A DNA stretch of 62,378 nucleotides, from positions 1 to 62,378 of IMG/VR virus record IMGVR_UViG_3300044723_005436. One strand, written 5' to 3'. The notes below the pieces were generated by a model, which was not told where the DNA came from, searched no databases, and saw only the letters and a program-made list of their open reading frames with translations. The stretch comes from a virus (lineage: Duplodnaviria; Caudoviricetes). Of the stretch, positions 1 to 7,988 are shown piece by piece (position 1 is the first letter of the stretch; each line of letters begins with the position of its first letter). The translations under genes and the position numbers were made by a program.

Positions 1-11
1 TTATATGCGTA

Positions 12-19
12 TATAAATA
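12..19 (+). promoter_or_regulatory. T4-type late promoter (TATAAATA)
   Basis: Exact TATAAATA about 44 nt upstream of the structural ORF at 63; GGAG RBS at 53-56; a gp55-like sigma factor is encoded in the window. Confidence 0.7.
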
Positions 20-62
20 TATAATACAACCATATTTATTATGTATTTACCTGGAGAAAAAC

Positions 63-971
63 ATGGCAGATGTGCCTGAGAACTTTTCAATGACGCCTGA
101 GCAAATTGCACAGATGCAAAATCAACAACAAGCAGCAAATCCATTGTTAAAATACATGAGACAAGCAAGTATTCATGTTAAACTGCCTAGCAATGGCGTG
201 TTCTGGGCACAAGGATGCTTGGAAATGCCAGTAACTGGTGAACTTCCGGTATTGCCTATGAGTACGCAAGACGAAATCACCCTAAACACGCCTGATGCAC
301 TAATGAATGGTGCTGGTGTTGTAAGCATGGTATCCAGTTGTATTCCGAACATTAAAAATCCATGGATGATCCCAATTACTGATCTAGACACTATTCTCAT
401 CGGTATTAGAATTGCCAGTTATGGCGAAACTATGGATTACAGTAGTAAATGCCCAAGTTGTGAAAACACCGATGATTATGAAATTGATCTAAGACAGTTT
501 TTGGACATGCCTGTAAACATGACTATATATGATGCTCCGTTTGAATACAAAGGCATGACTGTGTATATACAACCTCTAAATTTTGAAAACATCAATCAAC
601 AAAACTTAGAAACGTTTGAGCAACAACGTCTAGTAATGATGGTTAATAATTCAGAACTAAGCACTGAGGACAAGCAGGCAAGATTCCATGAAATATTTTC
701 TAAGATGACAGAATACACCATCAAGGGTGTAAGTGGGAGTATCAGAAAAATTATCACACCAGAGGGCGTTGAAGTTACTGATCCTAGTCACCATTATGAA
801 TTTGTAAAAGGTGCAGAACGTCAGTTTTATGATAAACTACGCAAACATGTAGAAACCGTACAGAAAGCAATACCTGAAAAAACAGTTAGCACTAATTGCA
901 GCGAATGCAATCACAGTTACGATACTCCATTTACATTTGACCAAGCAAATTTTTTCGCATTCGCCTCTTAG
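63..971 (+). CDS. Baseplate hub assembly chaperone, T4 gp26-like
   Basis: 'VKLPSNG', 'PMSTQDEITL', 'DLDTILIGIRIASYGE' motifs and two CxxC pairs (CPSC, CSEC), ending 'NFF', as recalled for gp26-like proteins of T4-like phages. Confidence 0.7.
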   Translation: MADVPENFSMTPEQIAQMQNQQQAANPLLKYMRQASIHVKLPSNGVFWAQGCLEMPVTGELPVLPMSTQDEITLNTPDALMNGAGVVSMVSSCIPNIKNPWMIPITDLDTILIGIRIASYGETMDYSSKCPSCENTDDYEIDLRQFLDMPVNMTIYDAPFEYKGMTVYIQPLNFENINQQNLETFEQQRLVMMVNNSELSTEDKQARFHEIFSKMTEYTIKGVSGSIRKIITPEGVEVTDPSHHYEFVKGAERQFYDKLRKHVETVQKAIPEKTVSTNCSECNHSYDTPFTFDQANFFAFAS

Positions 972-1186
972 CATTAAGCAATTCCGAGATTGAGGGGCTA
1001 CTAAAGGATTATGATAACAACGTTCGTACAATAAAACAGAACGTTGCTCGCATTGCTTGGTATATGAGAGGTGGAGCAACCATGAGTGAATTATACGCCA
1101 TGGCACAAAGTGACTTTGTTTACTTTAACGAAGTTATTGAAGACAATTTCGAACTCAGTAAGAAAGCTAAACAGATAATACTTTAG
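950..1186 (+). CDS. gp51-like hub assembly extension in the -1 frame, without its own upstream start; probable frameshift product
   Basis: Open frame 950-1186 (FFRIRLLALSNSEIEGLLKDYDNNVRTIKQNVARIAWYMRGGATMSELYAM...KQIIL*) begins at slippery heptamer T TTT TTC (950-956); not in the ORF track. Confidence 0.6.
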   Translation, partial: FFRIRLLALSNSEIEGLLKDYDNNVRTIKQNVARIAWYMRGGATMSELYAMAQSDFVYFNEVIEDNFELSKKAKQIIL

Positions 1187-1206
1187 GAATGAGCTAAAGC
1201 TCATTC
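1187..1206. terminator. Perfect hairpin GAATGAGC-TAAA-GCTCATTC between convergent transcription units
   Basis: 8-bp stem immediately after the stop at 1186; T-rich tract follows at about 1232-1245. Confidence 0.45.
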
Positions 1207-1595
1207 GTTCATTTCACTTCGTTTCATTCACTTTTTTTCTTTATTAGAACATATAATTTAATGAGCGAAGCGAAGTGCTATCATCTCGAAGTTGAACTCA
1301 TACTTCACCCGTTGCCGGGTGAAGCCATGAAAAAATACGCCATCATCTGCGTGTCTCGCTCATCTGTTATAAGAAGATTGCATTGCTGCACGGAGGCGGA
1401 AACCCGTTTACCCCCTACTTCAGCCTTCACTGATAGTTTCGGAACCTTCGATGTACCATAACAGCAATACATGTCCAGTCGCGGTTGCTTTTTCTCAGAG
1501 CCGCTATCTTTTGTGCCTAAAGTTGGTTTTACTTGTGTCAACGACGGTTTAATGCGCAGACCGTAAACGCTAAATTATTTCTATTGTGACACTAT
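1187..1595 (-). ncRNA. Candidate large structured ncRNA, family unassigned
   Basis: At least 7 stems; two GCAA (GNRA) tetraloop hairpins on the minus strand (1303-1324, 1379-1390); G-U pairs that only form on the minus strand (1451-1472); 7-bp loop/distal complementarity 1458-1464 with 1364-1370. Confidence 0.6.
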
Positions 1596-2021
1596 CTAGC
1601 CATTTAATTGTTTGTTGTTGAGAATACCTTTTTGATGTACTCTCACTCTAATGTGCCCGTTGTACCATTCGTCAGATTCTAATACTTTGTGTGTGAATTG
1701 TTCTCTCGCTTCAACGTAACTTAGTTCACTTTTGCTTGCGCAATAGAACAGTATTTCACGTTTGAAACTTTGTGGGCCTAGTTCAGCAACGTCTGCTGAT
1801 AGTTCGTCGGATGAGCCATAATATTCGCGCCAGTCTGATTCTACTTTGGTGCGCCGTTTGTTTTTTCTGCCTTTGAGGGGTGGTTTAGTTTTTTTGAATT
1901 GTGCCAGTTTTTTGCCAATGTATTTTCGATTGTTAGTCAAGTTTGTAATCAAATACACAAAGCCCACGGTACCTTCTGGTAGTTCTTCAACAATTTCGTC
2001 ATTATAATACCAAGGTTCCAT
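1596..2021 (-). CDS. GIY-YIG family endonuclease, single domain
   Basis: 'GFVYLITNLTNNRKYIGKK' GIY-YIG hairpin, 'YYGSS', conserved Glu (YVEARE) and 'WYN'; long Lys/Arg-rich insertion. Confidence 0.75.
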   Translation of the reverse strand: MEPWYYNDEIVEELPEGTVGFVYLITNLTNNRKYIGKKLAQFKKTKPPLKGRKNKRRTKVESDWREYYGSSDELSADVAELGPQSFKREILFYCASKSELSYVEAREQFTHKVLESDEWYNGHIRVRVHQKGILNNKQLNG

Positions 2022-2042
2022 GTGCTTTGTATATATGCAGAA

Positions 2043-2216
2043 TTACATGCTGTTCTTCTTTTCCTGAATCTCAGCGCGGCGTGCTTTAGTAAGTTTGCCT
2101 AGTTCGCCCAGTGCTTTACGAGCGCGAGTTGCTGCGGCTTTTACGCCTTTAGTTTCGAATGCTTCGTGTTCTTTTAGGTATGCTTCGTATTGTTCTACAA
2201 TTTGTTCGTGTGACAT
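2043..2216 (-). CDS. Small basic histone H1-like (Hc1-type) protein, 57 aa, not in ORF track
   Basis: MSHEQIVEQYEAYLKEHEAFETKGVKAAATRARKALGELGKLTKARRAEIQEKKNSM*; TAAGGAG RBS; 'KGVKAAATRARKAL' matches the Hc1-like signature as I recall it. Confidence 0.75.
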   Translation of the reverse strand: MSHEQIVEQYEAYLKEHEAFETKGVKAAATRARKALGELGKLTKARRAEIQEKKNSM

Positions 2217-2238
2217 TTTATGTCTCCTTATTTTATAT

Positions 2239-2267
2239 ATTATATTTTATATTTTTTTAAGTGTCAA
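2239..2267 (-). promoter_or_regulatory. Consensus sigma70 promoter TTGACA-17-TATAAT
   Basis: Minus strand TTGACA (2267-2262), 17-nt spacer, TATAAT (2244-2239), upstream of the Hc1-like RBS. Confidence 0.85.
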
Positions 2268-2268
2268 C

Positions 2269-2895
2269 TTATAAACTTAACCAGCCTACCACTGCTTTTT
2301 TCTCAGTAGTAAAGTGAGCACTACAATGAAATAGTGTTCTGTCAAACGCTAATAAGTCTCCTGCCTTCCAATGGTATGCCTGCAGCAATGTAAGATAGTG
2401 CTGATCCTCTGCATGACAATGGCTGCAATATTTTTGCCAATCGTTATCGCTAATGTATGTTTCTAGTTTGGCATTATTTTTTTTATATTCGCTAAAATTA
2501 TTGTATTTGCCTGTTTGTTCAAATATTACAGTAGAAAAATTGCCTTCAGTTAACGGCATTAGTACTGTGTATGTAGGCAAGTGTTTATCAGTATCGTTAA
2601 CAATTACTTGATTTTTTGTTGTGTACCAATCACTGTGTACATCATATGCACGCCGAGCATGCATTACTTGAATTGTATCCCACTGATTGTTTTTAAATGC
2701 TGTGTGTTTATGCAAATTATTAAGTATATCAGTTGCAAAGTCGCCGTCATTATCAAGCCATTGTTGTCCTGTTGTAACAACATTGCTGCCGTATACACCA
2801 TGATTATCAGATAAGTCTTCGATGGGCTCTCTAAAATTGAGTGCGTATTCTATCTGATCCTTATCTAAGAAATTTTTGATTACTAATGTTTTCAT
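2269..2895 (-). CDS. 2OG-Fe(II) dioxygenase-like protein
   Basis: HxD (VHSDW) and distal His in 'WKAGDLLAFDRTLFHCS', typical of the DSBH facial triad. Confidence 0.6.
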   Translation of the reverse strand: MKTLVIKNFLDKDQIEYALNFREPIEDLSDNHGVYGSNVVTTGQQWLDNDGDFATDILNNLHKHTAFKNNQWDTIQVMHARRAYDVHSDWYTTKNQVIVNDTDKHLPTYTVLMPLTEGNFSTVIFEQTGKYNNFSEYKKNNAKLETYISDNDWQKYCSHCHAEDQHYLTLLQAYHWKAGDLLAFDRTLFHCSAHFTTEKKAVVGWLSL

Positions 2896-4355
2896 GCTGA
2901 TTCTGCCATTCTGTTTAGTATCATCAAGTCTTCAAGTGCTCTTGCTTGTGGTATTCGATATTTTGTTGTATGCTTGTGCAATTCTAATCTGCGTCTTATA
3001 CGTTCTTTTAGTGTCAAATCTGGATTTATGCCTGATTTCCAAGTGTAACTACTTCCTGGCTTTATTTCACTGTTGCTGCCTGGTTCATAAATTTGATACT
3101 TATCCAACATCGATTGGTTTGTAAGAGGAGTTCCGTCAATATAATGCAGTGTGGCACCCCAACGAATCATTTCTAAAACACCAGTTTTTGCATAAGGAGC
3201 ATATCGCTGAATACCTCGTATATTATCTTCGTGGTCCAAAATTGATTCTGTAGGATATCCCACAATCATCAACCAAATATTACTAATACCCCACAGCGCA
3301 CATTGTTTAATATGGTAATCTATATCTTTGTTACTAAATTTCTTTTTCATTTCAGTGCGTACACGTTCACTAAAACTTTCTATACCAATGGTTATTTGTT
3401 TGCAACCTGCATAATACATTGCTTCGTAATGACTTGGTAGCATTTGATGCTTTGGCCTTGCAATAAATTGCCCAACGTATGATATATTTTTTAGATCAGA
3501 ATTTTTTGCTTTTTCTTCTGCCAGTAACTGATTGAATTTATAAAAATTACTCACACTTCCATTGATCAAACTATCTGTAAATTCAAAACGTTCGACACCC
3601 AGATCATAATAGTGTTTTTTAATTTCTTCGACAATTAATTCTGCTTTGCGATACCTAAAAACAGGCCATATGGTTTCGATGTCACAAAAACTACATTTGC
3701 GCACACAGCCTCTACTTCCGGTAATAAAAACAGCGTCGGCTTTATAATCTGAAAAGTTAATTCCATAATAATTTGGGATAGGATAGCTATCTAAATCATC
3801 TTCTTGCGCACTTGGTCTTAGTAACGTTTGTGTTGTTCCTTGCAATATTTCTGCAAACGTAATTTCGCCGTCACCATATACAACGTGGTCAACATGATTG
3901 TTTTCTAATAACCATTCCCCAAGGCTTGTTTTGCCTTGTGCATAGCCGTCAATGTTATTCTGACAGCCGCCGCCGCCGATTATGATTTTATAATTGCGAT
4001 TATTGTCAACTAGATCTTTATCGGACAACAAATGCATTGCAATTCTTAATCCCCAATAACTGAGAACACTGATACAAATAAAATCATACTTGTGTGCGCA
4101 ATCTACCACATGTGCTTTCCAACTTTCATTTATAACAGACAACACTGAACTATCACAACTATCGGTTACTCCAGTTAGCCAGTTATCCATAGTGAGCCAT
4201 TGCGTATCATTAAATGTTCTATTCAGCACTACATTAAAATCTAAAAAATTGTAGTCAACATTATTTTCAGCACAAACTCCAGCAAGCACGCCGAGTGCAG
4301 CAGGAGGTACCATTAAATCTGTCTTTGGTAAATTGATTAATAATGCACGTTTCAT
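2892..4355 (-). CDS. Cobalamin (B12)-binding radical SAM protein, class B methyltransferase-like
   Basis: 'GSRGCVRKCSFC' motif; N-terminal B12-domain features (PPAALG..LAG, IIIGGG, GDGE), 'IGIES', 'IVGYPTE'; start moved to MKRALL at 4355 (ATGA overlap with upstream ORF). Confidence 0.8.
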   Translation of the reverse strand: MKRALLINLPKTDLMVPPAALGVLAGVCAENNVDYNFLDFNVVLNRTFNDTQWLTMDNWLTGVTDSCDSSVLSVINESWKAHVVDCAHKYDFICISVLSYWGLRIAMHLLSDKDLVDNNRNYKIIIGGGGCQNNIDGYAQGKTSLGEWLLENNHVDHVVYGDGEITFAEILQGTTQTLLRPSAQEDDLDSYPIPNYYGINFSDYKADAVFITGSRGCVRKCSFCDIETIWPVFRYRKAELIVEEIKKHYYDLGVERFEFTDSLINGSVSNFYKFNQLLAEEKAKNSDLKNISYVGQFIARPKHQMLPSHYEAMYYAGCKQITIGIESFSERVRTEMKKKFSNKDIDYHIKQCALWGISNIWLMIVGYPTESILDHEDNIRGIQRYAPYAKTGVLEMIRWGATLHYIDGTPLTNQSMLDKYQIYEPGSNSEIKPGSSYTWKSGINPDLTLKERIRRRLELHKHTTKYRIPQARALEDLMILNRMAESA

Positions 4356-4756
4356 ATTTTCTTTTCTAATGTATTTACAATATCCCAATGGAAACTATCT
4401 ACGCCTAAATACGCATCGTTATTAAGATCCAAATTTCCACTGTCACCAATGTGAATTTTTTTATAGTGAATAATTTTTTCAAAGTAATCATCGGCCCAGT
4501 ACTGGTTGAACACAAAATCTAACTTATGATCCCATTGGTTAATTTTAGCAAGCCCATAATTTACTAAGTATTGATTAAAGCGTATAATAGGCTCAATGCG
4601 CCATGGCTCGAAAAATATTTCAACTTTGTCCGAGTGTCTAACACGAAAGTATGTTCCGCTACGTCTAACTTTTGGTCGTACTATTTTATTATTTACTTCA
4701 ATTCGAATCATTGACAAATTAGGATGATACACACTGATTATATTATATTTGTTCAT
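4352..4756 (-). CDS. Hypothetical protein
   Basis: 134-aa ORF with overlapping junctions to both neighbours; AT-rich. Confidence 0.55.
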   Translation of the reverse strand: MNKYNIISVYHPNLSMIRIEVNNKIVRPKVRRSGTYFRVRHSDKVEIFFEPWRIEPIIRFNQYLVNYGLAKINQWDHKLDFVFNQYWADDYFEKIIHYKKIHIGDSGNLDLNNDAYLGVDSFHWDIVNTLEKKI

Positions 4757-6516
4757 ACTAGTTCTACATCAGTATCATAGCTAGTAAAGCCATTTTCTTT
4801 GATAACTTTAAGCACATTGTTTACACGCCCTATAAGTTCATCTTTGTGGCTTACTAGCCAGATACTTTTGTTTCTTTCTCTGCTCATGCGCTTTAGTACG
4901 CCCATGGCATTTTCTACACCTGCTGAATCCATTCCACTGTCTACTAGTTCGTCGATAAACAGTAAGTTGATTGGCTGATATAGACTTTCCCAAACATCAC
5001 GGAACGCCCAACTTAGTGAAAGTATAAGTCTGTTGCGCTCTCCTCTGCTCAAGTTGTCAAAGTCTAAATCTCTACCCAGTTCTTGTATTTCTACAGTTAG
5101 GTCATTTTGGAATACCACTGTGTGTGGTAATCCAACTGCACCCAAGTATCCTTCTAGTCTTGTGTTCAAGTATGCAAGATTTTGATCAATGATTCGTTTG
5201 CGGATAAAACTGTCTTTGTTTGTTAACAGTTTAAGCAAGAACTCTTGATGATTCTGTACACGGGTAAGTTCGTTAATCGTATCCCAGGTAACTTCCTGTA
5301 CTGCAGTAGTTTCCATGTCTGCTATTTGATCGGTGTAAGGGTCACTTTCATCTTGCTTACTTTGTAGTTGTGACTCCAATGTGGATAGGCTTGAACGATG
5401 GTTGTGTGCATCAGTGGCGCTATCATAGAAAGTTCGCGGTTTACTTGGTACTGTTTCTTCTTGAGTTCTGAGCTCTGCAATTGCTGCTTGTAGTTCTCCA
5501 AGGAAACTATTTGCTTCGTCATATTCTTTCTCCGCTTTTTCAATCTCTTTTTTATGGCTGTCCAAGTGTTCGATGCTTTGATTGCAACTGTGACACACTC
5601 CGTCTTGCCAGCCTTCTAATGCTCTCTTTGCTTTAGCAACATCGCGCTCTGCTCTGCCTTCTTGGGCTTGTAGTGCAGCAACATCTTTTTGTAGTTGAAC
5701 TTGTGTATTGTTCAGTGTGTTCCAGTCCGCAAGTTCGGTGTGCGCTCTAAGTTCTTCATCAATATCAACATGACTAAGATCGTTGATTGCTGTTTTAAAG
5801 TTAGCAATGTCCTGATCTTTTTTATCTTGCCACATGCGCTGTCTGCGTTTGAGTGCATCAACTTGTTCTACAATCTTACCGTTAGCATCTTCAACTGCTT
5901 TGATACGGAATTCTTCTTCTTGAATCTTGTTTTTAGTTACACGCACCATCTCTTTGAGATTCTCTGCTTTTTCAGACAAAATTGTAATACCCAATAACTG
6001 TTCAATAATAGCACGTTGATCATTGGTGCGCATACTCAAAAATGGTTCACTGTATGTGTTCAGTGCAACAACATGTTTGAACATGTCGTGCGACATACCC
6101 AACAGTTCTTCAATAGCCTTTTGTGTTTCCCTGCTATCGCCTTGTGCGTTGTCGTCTGTTTCTTGTTCATTGTTGTTGATGTAGAACTTTAGCACATTAG
6201 GCTTGCGGCCGCGCTCGATGCGATAACTTAGTCCATCTTTTTCAAACTCAACTGTGACCAACATGTTTTTGCCATTGGTCTTGTTGATTAAGTTATCCTT
6301 GCGAATGTTAGTAAGCGCATTGCCATACAGCGCATAACTTAGTGCATTGATGATAGTGGTCTTGCCAGTGCCATTTCTACTGCCAGCATCACCTCCACCT
6401 GTGTCCAAGTTTTCACCTAGCACTAGTGTAAGGTCATTGCGGTTAAAGTCAATGGCTTGTGTGGTATTGCCCACACTCATAAAGTTTTTTACTGTAAGTG
6501 TATCTAATTTGAACAT
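4753..6516 (-). CDS. gp46: Recombination endonuclease ATPase subunit, gp46/Rad50/SbcC-like
   Basis: Walker A (NGTGKTT), coiled coils with CHSC zinc hook, signature LSRGE, Walker B LLFIDE, H-loop VSH. Confidence 0.92.
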   Translation of the reverse strand: MFKLDTLTVKNFMSVGNTTQAIDFNRNDLTLVLGENLDTGGGDAGSRNGTGKTTIINALSYALYGNALTNIRKDNLINKTNGKNMLVTVEFEKDGLSYRIERGRKPNVLKFYINNNEQETDDNAQGDSRETQKAIEELLGMSHDMFKHVVALNTYSEPFLSMRTNDQRAIIEQLLGITILSEKAENLKEMVRVTKNKIQEEEFRIKAVEDANGKIVEQVDALKRRQRMWQDKKDQDIANFKTAINDLSHVDIDEELRAHTELADWNTLNNTQVQLQKDVAALQAQEGRAERDVAKAKRALEGWQDGVCHSCNQSIEHLDSHKKEIEKAEKEYDEANSFLGELQAAIAELRTQEETVPSKPRTFYDSATDAHNHRSSLSTLESQLQSKQDESDPYTDQIADMETTAVQEVTWDTINELTRVQNHQEFLLKLLTNKDSFIRKRIIDQNLAYLNTRLEGYLGAVGLPHTVVFQNDLTVEIQELGRDLDFDNLSRGERNRLILSLSWAFRDVWESLYQPINLLFIDELVDSGMDSAGVENAMGVLKRMSRERNKSIWLVSHKDELIGRVNNVLKVIKENGFTSYDTDVELV

Positions 6517-6533
6517 GTGTTTATTATACAGCC

Positions 6534-7988
6534 TTATGCATAGTTTCGTAAATCTTTAAATTCTGGAAAATAATCTTCAAACTTTTGATTCCTGTTACGA
6601 TCTTTATCGTCGGTAAGTCTAAAAAACTCACCAAGCAAATGTGTATCACTTCGGCTTGTCATAAAAGTTCTTACTTCAATCCATTTGTTAATCAAGCCGA
6701 TGCTATTTGGTACAGTTTTAAGATATTCTATATGACTATGTATTTTTACTAGGGCTATATTTTTATAATGATCCGGCAACACAGTAATTGCTTGATCACC
6801 AGGATTAACTAATAAGTTAAAACTTATATCTTTGCAATCTACTCCTAAATCTATCCATCGCTTTTGTAGTTCGGGAAGGTTATAAAGATTCATCAAGTGT
6901 AGCACACTGGTAATTCTAAATGTTACATTCTTTAAATTTTTGATTTTGTTGTAATTGCTTTCCAGTGTTTTGTAGTCAACCCCGTGCCTTACATAATTGC
7001 TTTGATTTCCTATTAGATCAATGCTTGCGCCAATAGTGATATTGTCAAATTTACTCCAATAATCTATAATGTTGTGCTTCTTAAATTTTAACAAACTAAA
7101 ATTGGTATTATAAGATATCTTTATATCGGTTTTTTTGTTGTCTATTAATAATTGTAATATACGATAATGTTCTTCATTTATCAAAGGCTCGCCGCCTGCA
7201 AAATAAACATGTTCTATGTCATTTATATTTTTATTAATATATTCGAATTGTTTTTCAACTAGTTCCGGCGAAAGCACTTCGTCTTTATATTTTGTAGTAC
7301 CATAAAGTTTTTCTTCTTCTTGTGCAATTCGATTGCTAAATTTACCACTACACATTCTGCACATTAAATTACATTTATTGCTTAATCTAATATCTAAAAA
7401 TCTTAGTTTAAATTGTTTTTGATTATTATAACCAGCCCAGTTGATATTTGCTTTATGGCGGTCACTGATAATACCAATATCTTCATACTGCCAACAGCGG
7501 TTACATGCATCAGGCCTTTCGCCTCTTATCATTTGATCTCTGACAGGCTTAGTGCTAATTTCATCTAAGTTTTGATGATTAATGTTTCCCAATGGATAAT
7601 TTTCATTGCCAACACAACAAGGCATAACAAGACCTTGTGGATTTACATATTTGTGAACCCACGGTAATACACACATAGTATCGCCTTTATACACAGCCTT
7701 ATTAAATTCACCTTTTATAATTTTATATTTTATAATTTGGTCTTCGTTGCTGTATAGTTTACGCAGTGTTTCTAGTTCGCGTTCAATATCCGTGTTGGTT
7801 GTAACAAGTTCAACAAAAAAATATGGAAAGTCTAATCTTTGTAACTCTTTGTGTAACTGTGTGAGTTTGTCACCGCATGCAGTGCTATTCGGATATGTAT
7901 CGCCGTCAACGTATTCTATAGTAATTGCTACTTGCATAGGATCGGTATAAAACGGTAAAATATCATCGCCTATGTTTAATACATTCAT
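6534..7988 (-). CDS. Radical SAM protein with N-terminal SPASM/twitch-like auxiliary-cluster motif
   Basis: CNLMCRMC, AGGEP, YNTN; upstream CVLPW..PCC..CNRCW; extra N-terminal domain of about 105 aa. Confidence 0.85.
   Translation of the reverse strand: MNVLNIGDDILPFYTDPMQVAITIEYVDGDTYPNSTACGDKLTQLHKELQRLDFPYFFVELVTTNTDIERELETLRKLYSNEDQIIKYKIIKGEFNKAVYKGDTMCVLPWVHKYVNPQGLVMPCCVGNENYPLGNINHQNLDEISTKPVRDQMIRGERPDACNRCWQYEDIGIISDRHKANINWAGYNNQKQFKLRFLDIRLSNKCNLMCRMCSGKFSNRIAQEEEKLYGTTKYKDEVLSPELVEKQFEYINKNINDIEHVYFAGGEPLINEEHYRILQLLIDNKKTDIKISYNTNFSLLKFKKHNIIDYWSKFDNITIGASIDLIGNQSNYVRHGVDYKTLESNYNKIKNLKNVTFRITSVLHLMNLYNLPELQKRWIDLGVDCKDISFNLLVNPGDQAITVLPDHYKNIALVKIHSHIEYLKTVPNSIGLINKWIEVRTFMTSRSDTHLLGEFFRLTDDKDRNRNQKFEDYFPEFKDLRNYA

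Noticed and set aside
1207-1275. Short TTCG/TTCA and GCGAA repeats as a CRISPR array
   Set aside because: Units are 4-6 nt and irregular, with no spacers and no cas genes
1261-1541. ORFs 1261-1461 (+) and 1305-1541 (-)
   Set aside because: No clear RBS, no recognisable motifs, and they overlap dense RNA-like stems; more likely shadow ORFs
1187-1595. Group I/II intron, tmRNA, RNase P or tRNA identity for the structured region
   Set aside because: It does not interrupt a gene, and I found no group II domain V, group I core, tRNA-like ends or RNase P signature by eye
1596-2021. GIY-YIG as a mobile intron-encoded homing endonuclease
   Set aside because: Free-standing, with no C-terminal NUMOD/HTH DNA-binding modules and no interrupted host gene
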